From: a virus
Taxonomy: Duplodnaviria > Caudoviricetes
Strand: one strand, 5' to 3'
Virus record (IMG/VR): IMGVR_UViG_3300044695_006401
Length of the DNA stretch: 64,000 bases
Below the pieces are notes generated by a model. That model searched no databases and had not been told where the DNA came from. It saw nothing but the letters and a program-made list of their open reading frames with translations. Of the stretch, positions 59,473 through 64,000 are shown piece by piece. A program made the position numbers and the translations under genes. Each line of letters opens with the position of its first letter. Positions within the stretch are counted from its first letter, which is position 1.

Positions 59473-60307
59473 ATTTAAGTAAGTTGTAATACTCTTTGAA
59501 ATGTTTGATTCGATCGGCTAAACCTATTGTACCACCATTTACTCTTTTAGTAACTGATGTTACGGTAGCGTCATCAGCACCTTTATCACAAATCGCCCAT
59601 AACTTATTTGAATCAAAAAAGAACGCGGCGGAAGCTAATGGATATTTAGTGGCTACTAAGTCAGGGTTAGCAACACAATCCTCACCAATAAACTTTGTAA
59701 AGTTTGTGTAGTTTGCCTTTCCTGTCAATTGAATATAACCTCTTCCTCTGAATTTGAAACCTTCACCTGACGCTTCGTCACCATTACCCATTCTTGATGC
59801 GTAAACACGAGCTGCAATTTTTTCAGGTTTACGAGCGTAAGATTCGTTCAAATTTCCTGGAAAATATTTACCAAATATTTTCTTTAATCCATCCGCAGAA
59901 TAATTTAAGTTTTCACTTACCGCCTTAAAGTTACCCGATTCGTGACCACACTGAGCTAAGAAATGTGCTAACCTTAAATTATTTGTAATATTAAACTTAG
60001 CCGCCGTCTCAGGTATTTGAGTTAGAACCGCATCAGGAATATGACCTTTTAACTTTTCAATATTTAATGGACCCCCTTTTGGAAGAACCACATCTTCTTT
60101 AATGACTTCTGTTTTTGGCGATTGTTCTCCGAACAATTTTGTCCATGTTGTATCTCCAACAATACCATCGTCTTTTAACCCGTTTGCTTTTTGCCAAGCT
60201 TTCACAGCCGCTTCAGTTTTTGGACCGAAGGTTCCTATTGCTTCGACTCCAAGTTTTACCTGTAATTTTTTTACATCTTCTCCTTTAGATCCGACCTTTA
60301 ATAACAT
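59471..60307 (-). CDS. endolysin: PG-binding domain + GH19 lysozyme/chitinase-like
   Basis: GSKGEDVKKLQ..L, AVK.WQ..NGL.DDG.VG; AHFLAQC.HES, FRGRGYIQLTG..NY, VTKRVNGG..GL.DR. Confidence 0.92.
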   Translation of the reverse strand: MLLKVGSKGEDVKKLQVKLGVEAIGTFGPKTEAAVKAWQKANGLKDDGIVGDTTWTKLFGEQSPKTEVIKEDVVLPKGGPLNIEKLKGHIPDAVLTQIPETAAKFNITNNLRLAHFLAQCGHESGNFKAVSENLNYSADGLKKIFGKYFPGNLNESYARKPEKIAARVYASRMGNGDEASGEGFKFRGRGYIQLTGKANYTNFTKFIGEDCVANPDLVATKYPLASAAFFFDSNKLWAICDKGADDATVTSVTKRVNGGTIGLADRIKHFKEYYNLLK

Positions 60308-60361
60308 ATTTTTTAGTTTTATTAATTAATGTGTTTCCACATAAAATAAATATAAGTAAGT

Positions 60362-62596
60362 CTACCTTATTATTGTTAAATTTCCGTGATATTCTTTAAC
60401 CTCATCAGTGTTTGACACACCAAACTGTAAAATCCAAGTATAAGAACCGTCAGGACATATAACATTATTGTATGTACCATCCCAACCAACTTTAGAATCC
60501 ATACTTTCCCATATCACTTCTCCCCAACGATTGTAGATAGTCATGCGATACTGATATAAATCAACACCTGAAGTTATTACCGGTAAAAAATACTGATTAT
60601 GTTCATTACCATCAGGAGTAAATGTATTAGGTATATAAATCAATTCTTGCGGACATAGACTTAGAGCTACGGTAATCGTTTCAGGATTAGAAATACAACC
60701 ATTACTCCATCTCACAACATCAAATTGAAATATACCTTCTTGATCCCAAGTTAAACTAATTGTGGGTCCTTGTAGTGTATCACCAAACACATACCATTCA
60801 TTATAACCAACGAATGGTGATTGTGCTTCATATAAATCTTGTATTGTGTCCCCATCACATATTTCGTGATATTCATAATTAACACCAACCCTCCCATCGA
60901 TTACAGGAATTACGGTCGGTCTTGGGAATACATTTACTGATATTGTGGTATCAAACCAACAACCAGATTGTGTTACAAAATAACTTACACCATCAACCCC
61001 AATAAAACCATTGTTGGGACAATAATCATTCAACCATACATTATTACCACTAAATGTTCCTCCAGCCGGGACAGCAGTAAGAGGTGTACACCCATCGTAT
61101 TCACAAAAAGGTCCGATTTGTGCAACTTGGGGTAATAAATTGAAATTAACTAACGAAAAGTTTACAGGGTTACTCATACACCCAAATTGGTTAATTCCAT
61201 AAACAGATAACACATTATTATAGAATCCACTGTTTTCACCACTTACATCTAAATTAATTTGTTGTGTTCCTTGACCTGATGTTATATTACCTAAATTGGT
61301 TGACCAGTTATATGTCAAATTAGGAAACACACTACCAACATTAAAAATATTGTTTGTCGAATTATAACATAGAGTGTCTGACCCAACTATCGGTGTTAAA
61401 GTTACTTGTGGTGGGTCAACTAAGTTTACGACACCCGTAACACTACAACCAAGTGCGTCCGTAATAGTAAATGGATATGTGCCGGCACATAAACTTAAAT
61501 TTATAAAATTATTTGGTAATTGACCGTTCCACGAAATTGTTTGAACTCCGTTACCACCTTGTGCAATAATATCAATAAAACCATCGCAACTTTGAAAACA
61601 AGTTGGGTTACCGAAATTAATTATTGGTTGAGGTAGGTTTGGTGGACCAGGTAAAACAAATACTGTGTCAGGTCCTAAATTACTGCCTTGACCCGCATTA
61701 CAAGTGTTCCATCCTGCATTACAGGTTGGGTATACAAACTGACAGGTATAATTCGCACCTGCAGCAGGTGGGGTAACGGTTATTGTTGGTCCTGTACCAA
61801 TAGGATTTGGGTTACCGACTTGGTACCAAGTTAAAGTTGGCAAAACTACCGGTCCTGTTGGTGTCCATCGGTAAGCATCATTAACTGCTGTCCATACAGA
61901 TGAGTTTCTACCAGGAACGGCAATTCCAATAGTACCTAATTGATTATGAATACCTTGTGTTGCTGTTCCATTCTGCCATTGTAGACAAGCAGGTTTGTTT
62001 TGAATGTAACTATCAATATAATTTGTTGATTCGTTTATCACAATATGGAATGTTCCAAAGTTATTAGTGCAAGAGAACATAGGCATGTTAGTCCAAGACA
62101 CAATTAACTTTCTACAAGGAGCAACTCCTGTTGTTTGGTATCTGATCTGACCACCAATACCAGGATGCCAGTCTTGCCATGGTCCCATAATACAGTTTTT
62201 AGGGACATTTATATTACCTGTTGGTATAGTTTGTGTTGTGAAGGTTATTGGTTGTGCTGGTGAGAAGGAAATCCACCCATTTGACCCCACCCAAAACTGA
62301 GTATAAGTCTGACCAAAGAAACAAAAGGTAAACCCAATGTTAAAAGGACCTTGTTGTGAGTCATCAGTCATGAATAACTGATTACCTGTGTTAGTTTGAT
62401 TCACATAAGGGATTGGTGCAACACTATAGTTTGTTGTTTGATTAGGTGTAGGTCCACCAACACCACACTGACTAAGGTCTGCAGTTAAGGTTGTGGATCC
62501 AACTCCACACGGAAGAATTTGGTCAGGTCCTAATGCCGGACAGAATTGCGAATACGCAAAAAGGGGGAATAAGAATAAAAGTATTAGATGTTTCAT
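60362..62596 (-). CDS. SprB-like T9SS cargo protein (signal peptide, NIDO-like, SprB repeat, type-B/CHU_C CTD)
   Basis: MKHLILLFLFPLFAYS|Q; PTC..SCDG.I.....GG...Y.FTITD..GC; YIPN.FTPDG...N, IYNRWGE.I, WDGTYN, G.Y...L. Confidence 0.88.
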   Translation of the reverse strand: MKHLILLFLFPLFAYSQFCPALGPDQILPCGVGSTTLTADLSQCGVGGPTPNQTTNYSVAPIPYVNQTNTGNQLFMTDDSQQGPFNIGFTFCFFGQTYTQFWVGSNGWISFSPAQPITFTTQTIPTGNINVPKNCIMGPWQDWHPGIGGQIRYQTTGVAPCRKLIVSWTNMPMFSCTNNFGTFHIVINESTNYIDSYIQNKPACLQWQNGTATQGIHNQLGTIGIAVPGRNSSVWTAVNDAYRWTPTGPVVLPTLTWYQVGNPNPIGTGPTITVTPPAAGANYTCQFVYPTCNAGWNTCNAGQGSNLGPDTVFVLPGPPNLPQPIINFGNPTCFQSCDGFIDIIAQGGNGVQTISWNGQLPNNFINLSLCAGTYPFTITDALGCSVTGVVNLVDPPQVTLTPIVGSDTLCYNSTNNIFNVGSVFPNLTYNWSTNLGNITSGQGTQQINLDVSGENSGFYNNVLSVYGINQFGCMSNPVNFSLVNFNLLPQVAQIGPFCEYDGCTPLTAVPAGGTFSGNNVWLNDYCPNNGFIGVDGVSYFVTQSGCWFDTTISVNVFPRPTVIPVIDGRVGVNYEYHEICDGDTIQDLYEAQSPFVGYNEWYVFGDTLQGPTISLTWDQEGIFQFDVVRWSNGCISNPETITVALSLCPQELIYIPNTFTPDGNEHNQYFLPVITSGVDLYQYRMTIYNRWGEVIWESMDSKVGWDGTYNNVICPDGSYTWILQFGVSNTDEVKEYHGNLTIIR

Positions 62597-62702
62597 ATAA
62601 TTAATAAATATGAAATACTAAACCTAATACTTCATTTAGTCAAATTAGATTATCAAATATGGGTATTTAGTTATTAAATGATATTTATTAAAATATATCT
62701 AA

Positions 62703-63284
62703 ATGAAATTATTAAAAATACTCAAAGAAAACATTTACGAACAAGGTGGTAAGTTCGGATCGATGATCGATCCTGAGAGCGGAATCTCTGTTGGTCAAAC
62801 TATTGGGTCTTTGGATTTTTCAGACTCGTCAAGTGTTAAGACAAGAAAACCAAAAGATGTATATACTTCAGAAGTAGGTTCAAAAATTATTGCATCGGCA
62901 GAATCTCAAATTGGTAAACCTTATGTGTGGGGATCTGAAAGTGAAAGTGATGGGTTTGATTGTAGTGGATTAGTAACATGGGCATATAATGATGCTGGGG
63001 TTTCAATACCGAGAGGTACCGCACAATCATTTTTTAATAGTGCTGAGAAAATAGATAAAGAAAATGCACAAGTAGGTGATATGATATTTTTTGATGCAAA
63101 TACAGAAAGTAGTGATATTGATCATATTGGTATTGTTCACGCAGTAAATGAAGATGGAACTATAGATATGATACACTCTTCAACAGATAAGGGTGTAAAT
63201 ATTCAAAAAAATGTCTTAAGTGGTTATTATGGAAGGGTATTCAAAGGGTTTGGTAGGATGTCCCAAGTATCTCAAGAACCATAA
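62703..63284 (+). CDS. NlpC/P60 (C40) cell-wall peptidase with ILKENIYEQ leader
   Basis: GKPYVWG, GFDCSGLV, HIGI, MIHSS. Confidence 0.88.
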   Translation: MKLLKILKENIYEQGGKFGSMIDPESGISVGQTIGSLDFSDSSSVKTRKPKDVYTSEVGSKIIASAESQIGKPYVWGSESESDGFDCSGLVTWAYNDAGVSIPRGTAQSFFNSAEKIDKENAQVGDMIFFDANTESSDIDHIGIVHAVNEDGTIDMIHSSTDKGVNIQKNVLSGYYGRVFKGFGRMSQVSQEP

Positions 63285-63289
63285 ATAAA

Positions 63290-63315
63290 AAAACCGTAAC
63301 TTTCGTCACGGTTTT
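63290..63315. terminator. bidirectional intrinsic terminator
   Basis: aaaaccgt...acggtttt stem between convergent genes. Confidence 0.7.
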
Positions 63316-63336
63316 CCTGCTCAGATGATACGCCTT

Positions 63337-63798
63337 TTATTTTAAAAATCTTAATTTATAAAGTGTAGAATTAATTAATTCACAAACAGTATCAATTTGA
63401 TTTTGAATATAAGAATCTTCACAACAATCTCTTAATTCTATAACTTTTTCACATAAACCTTTCATGTATTTTACAGTGTCTTCAGTACTTTTCCATTCTT
63501 GTAGGTTCATACTTTTATATCCTTTAATAATACCGTATTTACCTTGAAAAGATTCAACTAAACCGTCAACTATCCCATCAATACCTTCATAATAATTTTG
63601 AAGTGCTTTATGTTCTGAATAGGATTCAGTTTGGAGATGTAATGTATGGGCTTGAGTTTGTGAGTGTAAAAGAATAGACATCATTTCTGCAAAGTCCCAA
63701 TTGTTAGTTTCTTTTTCATCTTTTTTATCTTCCTCTTCTTCATTCAAAAAAGAAAATGATTTGTAATTTCTATTTAATAAATCTTTTTTAGTAATCAT
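63337..63798 (-). CDS. ferritin-like four-helix protein (DUF5856-like)
   Basis: Q.H..H.QT.SYSEH.AL..YY......D.L.E..QG.YG. Confidence 0.72.
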   Translation of the reverse strand: MITKKDLLNRNYKSFSFLNEEEEDKKDEKETNNWDFAEMMSILLHSQTQAHTLHLQTESYSEHKALQNYYEGIDGIVDGLVESFQGKYGIIKGYKSMNLQEWKSTEDTVKYMKGLCEKVIELRDCCEDSYIQNQIDTVCELINSTLYKLRFLK

Positions 63799-63865
63799 AT
63801 CTAGTCTAGTGCTAGTTTATTTAAAGCTAGTAGCAAGCTTGCTGCCTAGTATTATATTTATAAAT

Positions 63866-64000
63866 ATGCTACTATATGAAGAAATTTTAAAAATTAAGAA
63901 CTTAATGAACTTAAACGAAACCAAAATGGACAAAAACAATTTGTTTTATAAGTTTGATTATTCATCATTTAAAGATGTTCCACCACCTTCAGATTCTAGT
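63866..64000 (+). CDS. hypothetical protein, 5' part (runs off window end), LYEEILKIKNLMNLNE leader
   Basis: ATG 63866, open to window end; TATTTAT 4 nt upstream. Confidence 0.65.
   Translation, partial: MLLYEEILKIKNLMNLNETKMDKNNLFYKFDYSSFKDVPPPSDSS

Noticed and set aside
385-60329. Many short antisense or overlapping ORFs in the track (e.g. 385..654, 684..1127, 16828..17118, 45576..45956)
   Set aside because: They lie opposite well-supported genes and show mirror composition only.
1-64000. Alternative genetic code (stop reassignment) as in some large phages
   Set aside because: Conserved genes are full length in code 11, and TAA, TAG and TGA all terminate genes at operon junctions.

Overview
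64-kb segment of a large T4-like (portal + large terminase) tailed phage, standard genetic code, with no CRISPR, tRNA or integrase seen. The host is most likely Bacteroidota/Flavobacteria-like, judged from the Bacteroidia-type bS21, TTTG-N18-20-TAnnTTTG promoters, absence of SD at almost all starts inspected, Q-rule signal peptides and T9SS C-terminal domains. Left part: bS21, portal, TerL, head-core-like acidic proteins, nucleotidyltransferase and KTSC, an N-domain-less ClpC-type ATPase, an M28-like peptidase and a complete tmRNA with an atypical tag. Centre: fibre/LamG genes enclosing a 7-gene modification cluster (GT9-like; GT4-AAH/TibC-like heptosyltransferase-FkbM fusion; two 2OG-Fe(II) oxygenases; mutase-like flavoenzyme; two GT2s), followed by two giant Gly-X-Y proteins (3027 and 2698 aa) built mostly of Gly-Thr-Asn/Gly-Thr-Ser. 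Right part: proteins sharing an N-terminal [ILV]-x-E(Q) leader, several cell-wall enzymes (M15-like, NlpC/P60, GH19 endolysin) and a SprB-like T9SS cargo protein. Best candidate for an undescribed system: phage-encoded protein glycosylation/modification machinery next to ultra-long, largely proline-free, Thr/Asn/Ser collagen-like virion fibres. All family calls are from motif recognition by eye; no searches were run.
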